A stretch of DNA of 32,454 bases from NCBI GenBank assembly GCA_004357415.1, contig SMVY01000049.1, forward strand, positions 1 to 32,454, written 5' to 3'. The position numbers were made by a program, and so were the translations under genes. Under the pieces are notes generated by a model that saw only the letters and a list, made by a program, of their open reading frames with translations, was not told where the DNA came from and did no database searches. The DNA comes from Gemmatimonadota bacterium. GTDB lineage: Bacteria; Gemmatimonadota; Gemmatimonadetes; Gemmatimonadales; GWC2-71-9. Every line of letters begins with the position of its first letter. The stretch's first letter is position 1. Shown here piece after piece: positions 17,861 to 25,785 of the stretch.

Positions 17861-19083
17861 TACCACACCATGGCCAGCGGGTTCTCCAGGTAGGCGCGCA
17901 GCGTCTGCAGGAATGCCGCCCCCATGGCGCCGTCGATCACCCGGTGGTCGCACGACATCGTCAACGGCATGCGCCGGCGCACCACCAATTCTCCGTCGAC
18001 CACGACCGGTCGCTGGGTGATCCCACCGATGGCCAGGATGCCGGCCTCGGGCGGGTTGATTATGGCTGTGAAATGATCGATGCCGAACGCGCCCAGATTG
18101 GACACAGTGAACGTGGCTCCGGTGTATTCCTCCGGCATCAGCTTCCGTTCCCGGGCCTTTTCGGCCAGGACCCTGGCTTCGGCAGAGATCTCGCGCAATG
18201 ATTTCTGGTCGGCGTGGCGGATGACCGGTGTGATGAGGCCACCGTCGATCGCCACGGCCATTCCCAGATGGACTTCGTACCACTGGCGGATGGCATCACC
18301 CTGCCACCAGGCGTTGCACTCGGGATGCTGTTTCAGCGCCAGCGCCGTCGCCTTTATGATGATGTCGTTGAACGACACCTTGCCGTCGGGTCCGAGCAGC
18401 TTCAGGGCCTCCCGGGCGTCCCAGGTACGCTCCATGTCGATCTCGACCGTCAGGTAGAACGTCGGCACCGGTCCGATCGACTCCACCAGCCGCTTGGCGA
18501 TGGTCTTCCGCATCAGCGACAACGGGATGTCCTCGAAGCCGCCCGTAGCCGTCACGGGCGCCGCTCCCGGCCGAGCATGCGCCACCCCTGCCAGGTCCCG
18601 CTTGACGATCCGCCCGCCCGGCCCCGACCCCGTCACCGAGGAGAGATCGATCCCCTGTTCCTCAGCCATCCGCCGCGCCAGCGGCGAAGCCTTCACCCGG
18701 CCCCCTGGCAGCGGGGCAGCGACAGCAACATCAACTGCCTCACCGCCCCCGCTGCCCTCGCCGACATCTCCGCCCCCGCTGCCCTCGCTTATGTCACTGC
18801 CCTCGCTGCTCCCGCCGCCCTCGCTGCCCCCGCTGATATCTTCTCCCGGCTCGCCGATGATGCCGACCGGATCGGCCACCGGTACGGTCGAGCCCGCTGG
18901 GACCAGGTGTTTGAGCAGCGTCCCGTCGACCCGGGCCACCAACTCCATGATGGCCTTGTCGGTCTCCACCTCGGCCAACACGTCGCCCACCGACACCTTG
19001 GCGCCTTCCGCCATTTTCCATTCGACGAGGCGGCCCTCTTCCATCGTCGGGGACAGCGCCTCCATCACGACTTTGGTGGCCAT
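17860..19083 (-). CDS. pdhC: Dihydrolipoamide acetyltransferase (E2) of the pyruvate dehydrogenase complex
   Basis: Lipoyl domain VLAEVETDKAIMELVA, subunit-binding domain ASPLARRMAEEQGIDLSSVTGSGPGGRIVKRDL and catalytic DHRVIDGA. The linker is Gly/Ser/Glu-rich. Confidence 0.93.
   Translation of the reverse strand: MATKVVMEALSPTMEEGRLVEWKMAEGAKVSVGDVLAEVETDKAIMELVARVDGTLLKHLVPAGSTVPVADPVGIIGEPGEDISGGSEGGGSSEGSDISEGSGGGDVGEGSGGGEAVDVAVAAPLPGGRVKASPLARRMAEEQGIDLSSVTGSGPGGRIVKRDLAGVAHARPGAAPVTATGGFEDIPLSLMRKTIAKRLVESIGPVPTFYLTVEIDMERTWDAREALKLLGPDGKVSFNDIIIKATALALKQHPECNAWWQGDAIRQWYEVHLGMAVAIDGGLITPVIRHADQKSLREISAEARVLAEKARERKLMPEEYTGATFTVSNLGAFGIDHFTAIINPPEAGILAIGGITQRPVVVDGELVVRRRMPLTMSCDHRVIDGAMGAAFLQTLRAYLENPLAMVW
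18743..18796 (-). repeat. 27-nt in-frame tandem duplication inside the E2 inter-domain linker
   Basis: ccgcccccgctgccctcgc occurs at 18743 and again at 18770 (27-nt period). It encodes EGSGGGDVG/EGSGGGEAV. Confidence 0.7.
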
Positions 19084-19085
19084 GG

Positions 19086-20066
19086 TTACTCGAGGTAGAG
19101 GACGCGCTTGGCGGCGGCGACGATCTTGGTGGCATCGACCTTAGCCGCCTTCTCCAGGCGCTTGTTGTACGGCATGGGAACGTCCTCGCCCGTGACGCGT
19201 ATCACCGGTGCATCGAGTTCATCGAAGATGTTCCGCTGGATGTTGTCGACCACCTGCGCTCCCACCCCGCAGAACGGCCACCCCTCTTCGGCCACGACGC
19301 ACCGATTGGTTTTCGACACCGAGGTCAAAATGGTGTCCGTATCCATCGGTCGAATGGTCCGGAGATCCACGACCTCCGCCGAGATGTCTTCTTCGGCCAG
19401 GCGGTCGGCCGCCTTGAGGGCTGGAGCCACCGTTTTGGAGTGGCACACGATGGTGACGTCCGAACCGGCACGCTTGACGTCGGCCGAACCGATGGGGATG
19501 GTGATGTCGCCCTCGGGGACCTCGCCTTTGAGATTGTACAGCATTTCGCCTTCCATGAAGACGACCGGATCGTCGTCACGGATGGCCGACTTCAACAGGC
19601 CCTTGGCGTCCGCTGGGGTGGCTGGCATCACCACCTTGAGCCCGGGTATGTAGGCGTACCACGCCTCGAACGCCTGGGAGTGCTGCGCCGCCAGCTGGAG
19701 GGCGGCGCCGTTGGGACCGCGGATCACCATGGGCACGCTGACCTGGCCGCCGGACATGTAGCGCAGCTTGGCGATCGAGTTCACGATCTGGTCGATGGCC
19801 AGGAGGGCAAAATTCCAGGTCATGAGTTCGATGACCGGCCGGAGCCCCACCATGGCCGCCCCGGCCCCCAAGCCGGTGAAGCCCAACTCGGCGATGGGTG
19901 TGTCCACCACGCGCATGGGGCCGAATTCCTTGAGCAGCCCACGGCTGACTTTGTAGGCTCCGTCGTACTCGCCCACTTCCTCGCCCATGAGGAACACCCG
20001 CTCGTCCCGCTGCATTTCTTCGCGCAGAGCTTCGTTGAGGGCGTCGCGATAGGTCATCGTCACCAT
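19086..20066 (-). CDS. pdhB: Pyruvate dehydrogenase E1 component subunit beta
   Basis: MVTMTYRDALNEALREEMQRDERVFLMGEEVGEYDGAYKVSRGL is a typical E1-beta N-terminus. The start is reset to the ATG at 20066, overlapping the pdhA stop by 1 nt. Confidence 0.93.
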   Translation of the reverse strand: MVTMTYRDALNEALREEMQRDERVFLMGEEVGEYDGAYKVSRGLLKEFGPMRVVDTPIAELGFTGLGAGAAMVGLRPVIELMTWNFALLAIDQIVNSIAKLRYMSGGQVSVPMVIRGPNGAALQLAAQHSQAFEAWYAYIPGLKVVMPATPADAKGLLKSAIRDDDPVVFMEGEMLYNLKGEVPEGDITIPIGSADVKRAGSDVTIVCHSKTVAPALKAADRLAEEDISAEVVDLRTIRPMDTDTILTSVSKTNRCVVAEEGWPFCGVGAQVVDNIQRNIFDELDAPVIRVTGEDVPMPYNKRLEKAAKVDATKIVAAAKRVLYLE

Positions 20067-21097
20067 CACCCGTCCTCCGCGTACACGTCGGTATAGAGGG
20101 CTTCCGGCGCCGGGTCCGGCGACTGCTCGGCGTAGTCCAAGGCTTCCTGCACCTCGGCCTTCACCTCGTCGTCCATAGCCTTCAATCCGTCGTCGTCGAT
20201 CATCCCCTGTTTCTTCATGAAGGCCGCCAGGATCACCAGCGGATCTCGCTTGCGGTATTCCTCGACCTCGTCCTTGGTGCGATAGGTGCCGTGGGCCGCG
20301 TCGGACATCGAGTGCCCCACGTACCGGTACGTCTGCATTTCCAGCAGTGTCGGCTCGCTCTTGGTGCGCGCCCGCTCGACCGCCCGCTCCATGGCGTCCC
20401 TGACCGCCAGCACGTCCTGCCCATCGACGGCCTCGGCTTCCATGTCGTAGGAGTAGGCGCGGTGGAACAGGTCCATGTTGGCCGTGGCCCGCGCGATGGC
20501 GGTGCCCATGCCGTACCCGTTGTTCTCGAGGACGTATACCGCCGGTAGCTTCCACAGGGACGCCATGTTGAGCGACTCGTGGAACGACCCGATGTTGGCC
20601 GCGGCTTCACCGAAGAACGAGACCGACACCTGGTCGGTGCCGCGATACTTGGCCGCAAAGGCCATCCCGGTGCCCAAGGGGATCTGTCCTCCCACTATGG
20701 CGTGCCCGCCAAGGAAGTTGCGGGAGACGTCGAACAGGTGCATGGAGCCGCCCTTGCCGCCCGAGCATCCGTCCGCCTTGCCGTACAACTCGGCCATGAT
20801 CGACCGCGCCGGCACTCCCCGGGCCAACGCCAAGCCGTGTTCCCGGTAGGACGTCACGATGTAGTCGTCCTCGCGCAGGGCCGCCATGACCCCGACTCCA
20901 ACCGCTTCCTGTCCGATGTAGAGGTGACAGAACCCGCCAATCTTCCCCAAGCTGTACGCCTCCGCGGCCTTCTCCTCGAACCGGCGCAAGAGACACAATT
21001 GGTGGTACCAGTCCCGGCATTGCTCTGCCGTTACCGCCGCCGCTGCCTTGGCCGGACGCTTCGGACCCTTCTTCTTGGAGACGGTCGATCCGCTCAT
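20066..21097 (-). CDS. pdhA: Pyruvate dehydrogenase E1 component subunit alpha
   Basis: GFCHLYIGQEAVGVG, GGKGGSMH and the ThDP-binding region FFGEAAANIGSFHESLNMASLWKLPAVYVLENNGYGMGT. The start is reset to the ATG at 21097 (MSGSTVSKKK), which overlaps the lipA stop (ATGA). Confidence 0.93.
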   Translation of the reverse strand: MSGSTVSKKKGPKRPAKAAAAVTAEQCRDWYHQLCLLRRFEEKAAEAYSLGKIGGFCHLYIGQEAVGVGVMAALREDDYIVTSYREHGLALARGVPARSIMAELYGKADGCSGGKGGSMHLFDVSRNFLGGHAIVGGQIPLGTGMAFAAKYRGTDQVSVSFFGEAAANIGSFHESLNMASLWKLPAVYVLENNGYGMGTAIARATANMDLFHRAYSYDMEAEAVDGQDVLAVRDAMERAVERARTKSEPTLLEMQTYRYVGHSMSDAAHGTYRTKDEVEEYRKRDPLVILAAFMKKQGMIDDDGLKAMDDEVKAEVQEALDYAEQSPDPAPEALYTDVYAEDG

Positions 21098-22041
21098 GCC
21101 TGGTTCCTCACCGCGTGGGCCTTGTCGACCTGTTCCCAGGCGTGGTAGGACGAGCGCGTCAGCGGGCTGGCCTCGACGTGGTCGAAGCCGAGGCCGCGCC
21201 CGATCTCGGCCAACTCGGTGAATTCGTCGGGCGAGTAGTAGCGCGCTATCGGGAGGTGGCTGGCCGAAGGCCTGAGATACTGGCCCAGCGTCAAGATGTT
21301 GACGTCGCTGCGCCGCAGATCTTCCATGCAGCGCACCACTTCGTCCCATTCTTCCCCCATCCCCAGAATCATGCCCGACTTGGTGAGCGCCTCCGGTCCG
21401 CCCATGCGCCTGGCATTGGCCAATACCGTCAACGCCCTGCGATAGCGGCCGCCCGGGCGTGCCAGGCGGTACAACCGCTCGGCCGTCTCGAGGTTGTGGT
21501 TGAGGATGGCCGGCTTGGCGTCCATGACGATCTCGAGTGCCCGTTCGGATCCCTGGAAGTCGGGGATCAATACCTCGACGGAGGTGCCCGGCATCCGCCG
21601 CCTGATTTCCAGGATGCAGTCGCGGAAGGCCTCGGCGCCCTTGTTGGGGAGGTCGTCGCGGTCGACCGAGGTGATCACCACGTGGGCCAGGCCCATCTGG
21701 GTCACGGCCTCGGCCAACCGTGTCGCTTCGACCGGGTCGTACGGTCCGGGGGTTCCGTGGGCCACCGCGCAGTAGGTGCAATTGCGGGTGCACACGTCGC
21801 CCAGAATCATGAACGTGGCGGCCTCGTGCTCCCAGCACTCTCCCACATTGGGGCAACGCGCCTCTTCACACACCGTGTGCAGGTCTAGCTCGCGCATGAG
21901 CTTGCGAATGCGGGCGTAGTTAGCCCCGCCCGGAGCCCGTACCTTGAGCCAGCTGGGCTTCCGGCCCGCGGAATCCTGTCCCGGCACCGGCGGGACCGTT
22001 CCGCCTGTCTGGCGATTTCGTGTGCGGGTGATTTGAACCAT
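21094..22041 (-). CDS. lipA: Lipoyl synthase (radical SAM)
   Basis: CEEARCPNVGEC plus the radical-SAM motif CTRNCTYC. The start is reset to the ATG at 22041 (MVQITRTRN); the ORF-track extension to 22713 runs through the neighbouring gene. Confidence 0.93.
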   Translation of the reverse strand: MVQITRTRNRQTGGTVPPVPGQDSAGRKPSWLKVRAPGGANYARIRKLMRELDLHTVCEEARCPNVGECWEHEAATFMILGDVCTRNCTYCAVAHGTPGPYDPVEATRLAEAVTQMGLAHVVITSVDRDDLPNKGAEAFRDCILEIRRRMPGTSVEVLIPDFQGSERALEIVMDAKPAILNHNLETAERLYRLARPGGRYRRALTVLANARRMGGPEALTKSGMILGMGEEWDEVVRCMEDLRRSDVNILTLGQYLRPSASHLPIARYYSPDEFTELAEIGRGLGFDHVEASPLTRSSYHAWEQVDKAHAVRNQA

Positions 22042-22071
22042 GGAAGCTGCCACGCGGAGTACCCCTAACCA

Positions 22072-22104
22072 GTGTGTCTGGCGGCTAACTGCCGCCAGAC
22101 ACGC
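22072..22104. terminator. Strong GC-rich hairpin (12 perfect bp plus G.U and G-C extension, 5-nt loop) between the TlpA-like gene and lipA, with no downstream U-tract
   Basis: gtgtctggcggc (22074-22085), loop taact, gccgccagacac (22091-22102). On the minus-strand RNA the T-run (ctattttgc) lies before the stem, not after it. This is therefore a non-canonical terminator or a processing/stability element. Confidence 0.3.
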
Positions 22105-22145
22105 AAAATAGTCTGGGACCAAAGGGCGCGGAAGGAGGATGCCGC

Positions 22146-23351
22146 TTAGACCGGCTCCTGCAGGAGTTCCTCGATGAGGGCGGCAAACTCCCGGATGAGG
22201 CGGCCGTGCTGGGCGCCCGTGGCCGGGCCCATGAATCCGGCGTGAATCTTCCGGACCAACCCGTCCCGGCCGATGAAAATCGCGGTCGGGTAGGCGGTGA
22301 AGCCCTCCAGTTGGGGGAGGGTGGCGGCCGTGGCCGAGGTGACGTTGATCCCGGCCAGCAGCAAGGGAAACTCGATGCCGAACTTGTCCCGGTACCGGCG
22401 GACCTGGGCGTTGTCGATGGCACTGTCGCCGGTGACTTCGTAGGCCAGGCCGACGACTTCGAGCCCGCGGTCGCGGTAATCCCGATAGAACTGCACGATC
22501 GAGGGGGCCGCGTCGTGGCACGTGGGGCACCAAGAGCCGAAGATGTCGATCAGCACCACCTTGCCCTGGAACCGCTCGTCTTCGCTGGTGACGATCCGGC
22601 CGTCGAGGTCGGGGAAGCTGAAGCGGAATGGTTCCGGCGCCACCACGCGCGTCAGCTCCATCCGATCCCGCAGGTGCGGCTCGCCGCCCTCGGTGGCCCG
22701 GACGGCTTTCCATCGGGACTGGCTGCGCGCGCCGGCGTGAAACAGACCCTCGAGCGTGTCACCCCGGATGGTGCCGGTCAGCATGTAGACGAAAGACCCG
22801 TCGAAGTGGGCCATCGAGAAACTGTCGGCCTCGGCCCGGCCCCAGAAGCGGCCGTAGTCGCCGGTGTTCGAAACGATGGTGCCTTCCAGGCCCCGCTCGG
22901 TTTCCTCGAAGTAGAAAACCCTGGGGCTGGTGCCGCCGTCCTCACGGAAGTAGGTGGCGTTCCATTTGCCCGCCAAAGACGCCGGCACCTCGGTTTCGGC
23001 TGGCCACGCTCCCCGCCGGGCTCGGAACGAGATGACCCGCGGCCCCCGGTTGCCGACGTTGCGGTACTCGCCGATCAGGGAGTCTCCCCGCGGACGGGCG
23101 ACGATCGTCGCCGCGTAGTCGCCGATCTCCAGGATGATGCTGTCGCCCACCTGGGCCACACTGGACAACTCCTGGCACATCGAGCCGCTGCAGACACGCC
23201 CGGAGCCCGCAGCCAGATCAAACTCGAGGGCGAACCGAAGCGGCCCTCCCGCCAAGTCGAGTGAGGCCTGCCACTGGTTGGTTGGTTCCGTGCCGCCACA
23301 GCCCGCCACGAGGAGGGTGATCGCGCCACACCACTTGATGCCTGAGTGCAT
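22146..23351 (-). CDS. TlpA/ResA-like thiol:disulfide oxidoreductase lipoprotein with an internally duplicated N-terminal region
   Basis: The C-terminal redoxin domain reads GKVVLIDIFGSWCPTCHDAAP ... AYPTAIFIGRDG. The start is reset to the ATG at 23351, giving MHSGIKWCGAITLLVAGCGG (lipobox). Confidence 0.8.
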   Translation of the reverse strand: MHSGIKWCGAITLLVAGCGGTEPTNQWQASLDLAGGPLRFALEFDLAAGSGRVCSGSMCQELSSVAQVGDSIILEIGDYAATIVARPRGDSLIGEYRNVGNRGPRVISFRARRGAWPAETEVPASLAGKWNATYFREDGGTSPRVFYFEETERGLEGTIVSNTGDYGRFWGRAEADSFSMAHFDGSFVYMLTGTIRGDTLEGLFHAGARSQSRWKAVRATEGGEPHLRDRMELTRVVAPEPFRFSFPDLDGRIVTSEDERFQGKVVLIDIFGSWCPTCHDAAPSIVQFYRDYRDRGLEVVGLAYEVTGDSAIDNAQVRRYRDKFGIEFPLLLAGINVTSATAATLPQLEGFTAYPTAIFIGRDGLVRKIHAGFMGPATGAQHGRLIREFAALIEELLQEPV

Positions 23352-23387
23352 TCGATAGCCCACTATGAGAGTGTCTTGCCCGCTTCC

Positions 23388-23443
23388 ACCTATCACCTAT
23401 CACCCATCAGCTGTCCGCTGTCTACTGTCCACCGTCCACCATG
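23388..23443. repeat. Eight tandem degenerate heptamers spanning the DUF1684 stop codon and the spacer upstream of the TlpA-like gene
   Basis: The plus strand parses as ACCTATC ACCTATC ACCCATC AGCTGTC CGCTGTC TACTGTC CACCGTC CACCATG. The minus-sense reading is ...GGTGGAC GGTGGAC AGTAGAC AGCGGAC AGCTGAT GGGTGAT AGGTGAT AGGT. Confidence 0.75.
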
Positions 23444-24279
23444 TAGTACTTCTCTCCCGCCTCGACCTTGGTGGCTATGCCGTTGCCTCGCCACGGCACG
23501 GGGCACGGATAGATGGTGCTGTAGGCACAGAACGGGTTGCGCGCCCGGTTGAAGTCAAGCCGGTAGCGATCGCCCACTACGGGCTCCAGTGCTACGAACC
23601 GGCCTGCCGGGTAGCTGCCACTGCTGTTGGTCTCGTCCCGGAAGTAGATCTCCAGCGCCGACTCTTCTGTCCCGGGGTCGGGAACGTGACGGACCTCGAG
23701 GCTGGTACCGCCCTCACCGAGTGGAACGGTTACCGTCCCCACGATGGTTCCCTCGACCTCGATGCCGTCGAGGGCCAGCATTCGTACCGCCCGCCGTTTG
23801 CTCCGCTGGAGTTCGACCTCGAACACCATGTTCGTGTCGATGGGATAGAACTCCGGTGTCTTCAACGGGTCCTTCGGGAGCGGAGGGCCGAACACCATCA
23901 CGATCGGGAGTTGGCGCTCTCCCTGGATGGTCAGCAGATAGTCACCTACCGCCACCGGGACGTAGGGGGCGACCATCCGCCGGTCCCATTCGTTGTCGAG
24001 AGCAGCCACACCGCGGCGCGGAACCAGACGGTGCTCGGCGACGTCCGCCAGCGGGATATCTGAATCGGGCGGGCCGATGTAGATGGTGTCGGTCAGGGGG
24101 ATCCGCGCCACGGCCCGGAGCGGGGAGATCGGTGAACTCTCGAGCCACGCCACGTACGAGGCTCGCTCGCGCTCAACGTCGAGCGCGGGGCCCGGCTCGA
24201 CCGGCGGATCGTCTGCCTGGCAGCCGATCACCAGGCCGGCCACCCCGGCCGCCAGCAAGCGGCCCAAGAATCCGTTCAT
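23422..24279 (-). CDS. DUF1684 family protein with a lipoprotein-type signal
   Basis: C-terminal signature NRARNPFCAYSTIYPCPVPWRGN. The start is reset to the ATG at 24279, giving MNGFLGRLLAAGVAGLVIGC. The ORF-track extension to 25146 is out of frame through thiO. Confidence 0.8.
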   Translation of the reverse strand: MNGFLGRLLAAGVAGLVIGCQADDPPVEPGPALDVERERASYVAWLESSPISPLRAVARIPLTDTIYIGPPDSDIPLADVAEHRLVPRRGVAALDNEWDRRMVAPYVPVAVGDYLLTIQGERQLPIVMVFGPPLPKDPLKTPEFYPIDTNMVFEVELQRSKRRAVRMLALDGIEVEGTIVGTVTVPLGEGGTSLEVRHVPDPGTEESALEIYFRDETNSSGSYPAGRFVALEPVVGDRYRLDFNRARNPFCAYSTIYPCPVPWRGNGIATKVEAGEKYYMVDGGQ

Positions 24280-24299
24280 CAACCGCGACCGTCCCGTGG

Positions 24300-25415
24300 C
24301 TACCATCGCCAGAAGCGAACCGGATCGAGGGCTTTGAGGGCGTCGAGGTCTTCGATGGTCGTCGAATCGCCGGACATCATTTCGGCAATCAACAGACCGG
24401 TAATGGCCGCCAGCAGAATGCCATTGCGGCCGTGCCCGGTGGCGAGCCACAATCCCTCTACCGACGGCTCGCGGCCGACGATGGGGAGGCCATCGGGCGT
24501 GACCGGCCTGAGCCCGGCCCAGGTCCGGCGGACCTCCTGCTTGGCCAGTCCGGGGCACAGCGAGGTCGCGGCGGAGAAGATGCTCGCCAGTCCGGCCGAG
24601 GTGACCTCGGCCTCGAACCCGGCGTTCTCCATGGTAGAGCCCAGGAGGGCTTCGCCATCGCGGGCGATGATGTAGCCATCGGCGCCGTACATGATGAAGG
24701 GCTCGATCATCTCGGGCCAGGGAACGGCCGCCATCTGCCCGCGGACGGGCTCCACCGAGATGGGGCGGGGCAGACCGTCGAGCTTCCCGGACCAGGCGCC
24801 GGCGGCAATGACCACCGCGTCGGAATGGTAGATCTCCTTGCCCACGACGCCGATGATCCGGTCGCCGCGCCGTTCGAGCCTGGTGGCGGTGTCGTGCACC
24901 ATGCGGGCGCCGGCGGCCTGGGCGTCGGCCAGCAGCGCCTCCACCAGCGGCACCGGATTCAGGGCGCCTTCCTCCGGCGCCCATAGCGCCCCGTGGGTCG
25001 GGCCCATCCAGGGCCAGCGAGTAGCCACCTCGTCCGCCGCCAGCCAGTCGCACAAGTGGCCCTGCTGGCGTTGCCAAGCCACCTTCGACTTCAGCGACTC
25101 GACCGAGTCTTCCGTTTGAGCGACCTGGGCGATGCCCTCCTGCCACAGACCGATGTCGATGCCGGTGGTTTCCTGCAGCGCCGGCGCCAACTCGGTATAC
25201 CGGTTGCGCCCGGCCAAGCCCAGGTCGAACAGCGGATCTTCACTGTGGGCCTCGATCTGCGGCGCCAACATCCCGCCGGCCGCCGTCCAAGCCTCGCCGG
25301 TGCCACGGCCCCGGTCGATGACCAGCACGGAGCGACCGGCCCGGGCCAGTTCCCGGGCGCAGGCGGCGCCGATCGCGCCACCGCCAACAACGATAACATC
25401 TTGGAATTCAGCCAC
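24300..25415 (-). CDS. thiO: FAD-dependent glycine oxidase-like oxidoreductase (DAO family, ThiO-like)
   Basis: DVIVVGGGAIGAACARELARAG (dinucleotide fold) and C-terminal ATGHGRNGILLAAITG, which resembles B. subtilis ThiO GHFRNGILLAPATG. GTG start. No thiamine genes or TPP riboswitch are nearby, so the symbol is tentative. Confidence 0.75.
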   Translation of the reverse strand: MAEFQDVIVVGGGAIGAACARELARAGRSVLVIDRGRGTGEAWTAAGGMLAPQIEAHSEDPLFDLGLAGRNRYTELAPALQETTGIDIGLWQEGIAQVAQTEDSVESLKSKVAWQRQQGHLCDWLAADEVATRWPWMGPTHGALWAPEEGALNPVPLVEALLADAQAAGARMVHDTATRLERRGDRIIGVVGKEIYHSDAVVIAAGAWSGKLDGLPRPISVEPVRGQMAAVPWPEMIEPFIMYGADGYIIARDGEALLGSTMENAGFEAEVTSAGLASIFSAATSLCPGLAKQEVRRTWAGLRPVTPDGLPIVGREPSVEGLWLATGHGRNGILLAAITGLLIAEMMSGDSTTIEDLDALKALDPVRFWRW

Positions 25416-25489
25416 TTATACGGTCAATGAAACTTATTGAAACGTCACGCCGTACAGGCTGGTGTCTGGCAGATCGGGAGGAAATTGGC

Positions 25490-25705
25490 ATGATCAGAAG
25501 TCTCGTCGGTTACGCAACATTCGCCCTGGTGGCCCTGTTCGCCGTCAAGGTGGCGTTCAAGCTGCTCGGCCTGGCGGTTGGGTTGTTCTGGACCCTGATG
25601 TGGTTCGCCTTCGTCGGGTTCGTGTGCTACCTCATTCTCCGGCTGGTGAGCCCCTCGGCGGCCGACAGGGTGCAGGAGATGATCAAAGGTAAACCTGCGG
25701 CCTAG
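25490..25705 (+). CDS. Small hypothetical membrane protein (2 TM, 71 aa)
   Basis: The ATG at 25490 is preceded by GGGAGGA with a 7-nt spacer. Sequence: MIRSLVGYATFALVALFAVKVAFKLLGLAVGLFWTLMWFAFVGFVCYLILRL. A canonical terminator follows. Confidence 0.5.
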   Translation: MIRSLVGYATFALVALFAVKVAFKLLGLAVGLFWTLMWFAFVGFVCYLILRLVSPSAADRVQEMIKGKPAA

Positions 25706-25730
25706 CTGCCAACACGGTAACCCAAAGGGA

Positions 25731-25757
25731 ACGCCCGGCCAAGGCCGGGCGTTTTTG
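25731..25757. terminator. Rho-independent, probably bidirectional terminator
   Basis: ACGCCCGGCC-AA-GGCCGGGCGT followed by TTTTT on the plus strand. The minus-strand reading gives the same stem followed by TCCCTTTGGGTT. It sits between convergent genes ending at 25705 (+) and 25786 (-). Confidence 0.65.
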
Positions 25758-25785
25758 GTTGCGCTGATGTCACGGTCTGCTGCGG

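Noticed and set aside
18700-18850. Repetitive GC-rich DNA in pdhC, considered as a possible VNTR or CRISPR-like repeat.
   Set aside because: It is in frame and encodes the flexible Gly/Ser/Glu inter-domain linker of E2. There are only two 27-nt units and no spacers.
20066-21856. Very long N-terminal extensions of real genes in the ORF track: pdhA 596 aa, lipA 539 aa, pdhB 489 aa, DUF1684 574 aa, DUF3108 503 aa and lipB 343 aa.
   Set aside because: The extensions run through the upstream gene in another frame and are Arg/Gly/Pro-rich. The conserved protein N-termini begin at internal ATG/GTG codons that form ATGA/GTGA/TGATG overlaps with the upstream stop.
25415-25440. A TATAAG box and AT-rich stretch immediately upstream of the thiO-like gene, considered as a -10 element or leaderless promoter. 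I also checked the region for a TPP riboswitch.
   Set aside because: TATAAG abuts the GTG start, so transcription from it would begin inside the ORF. The spacer (about 74 nt) is too short and lacks TPP riboswitch core motifs.
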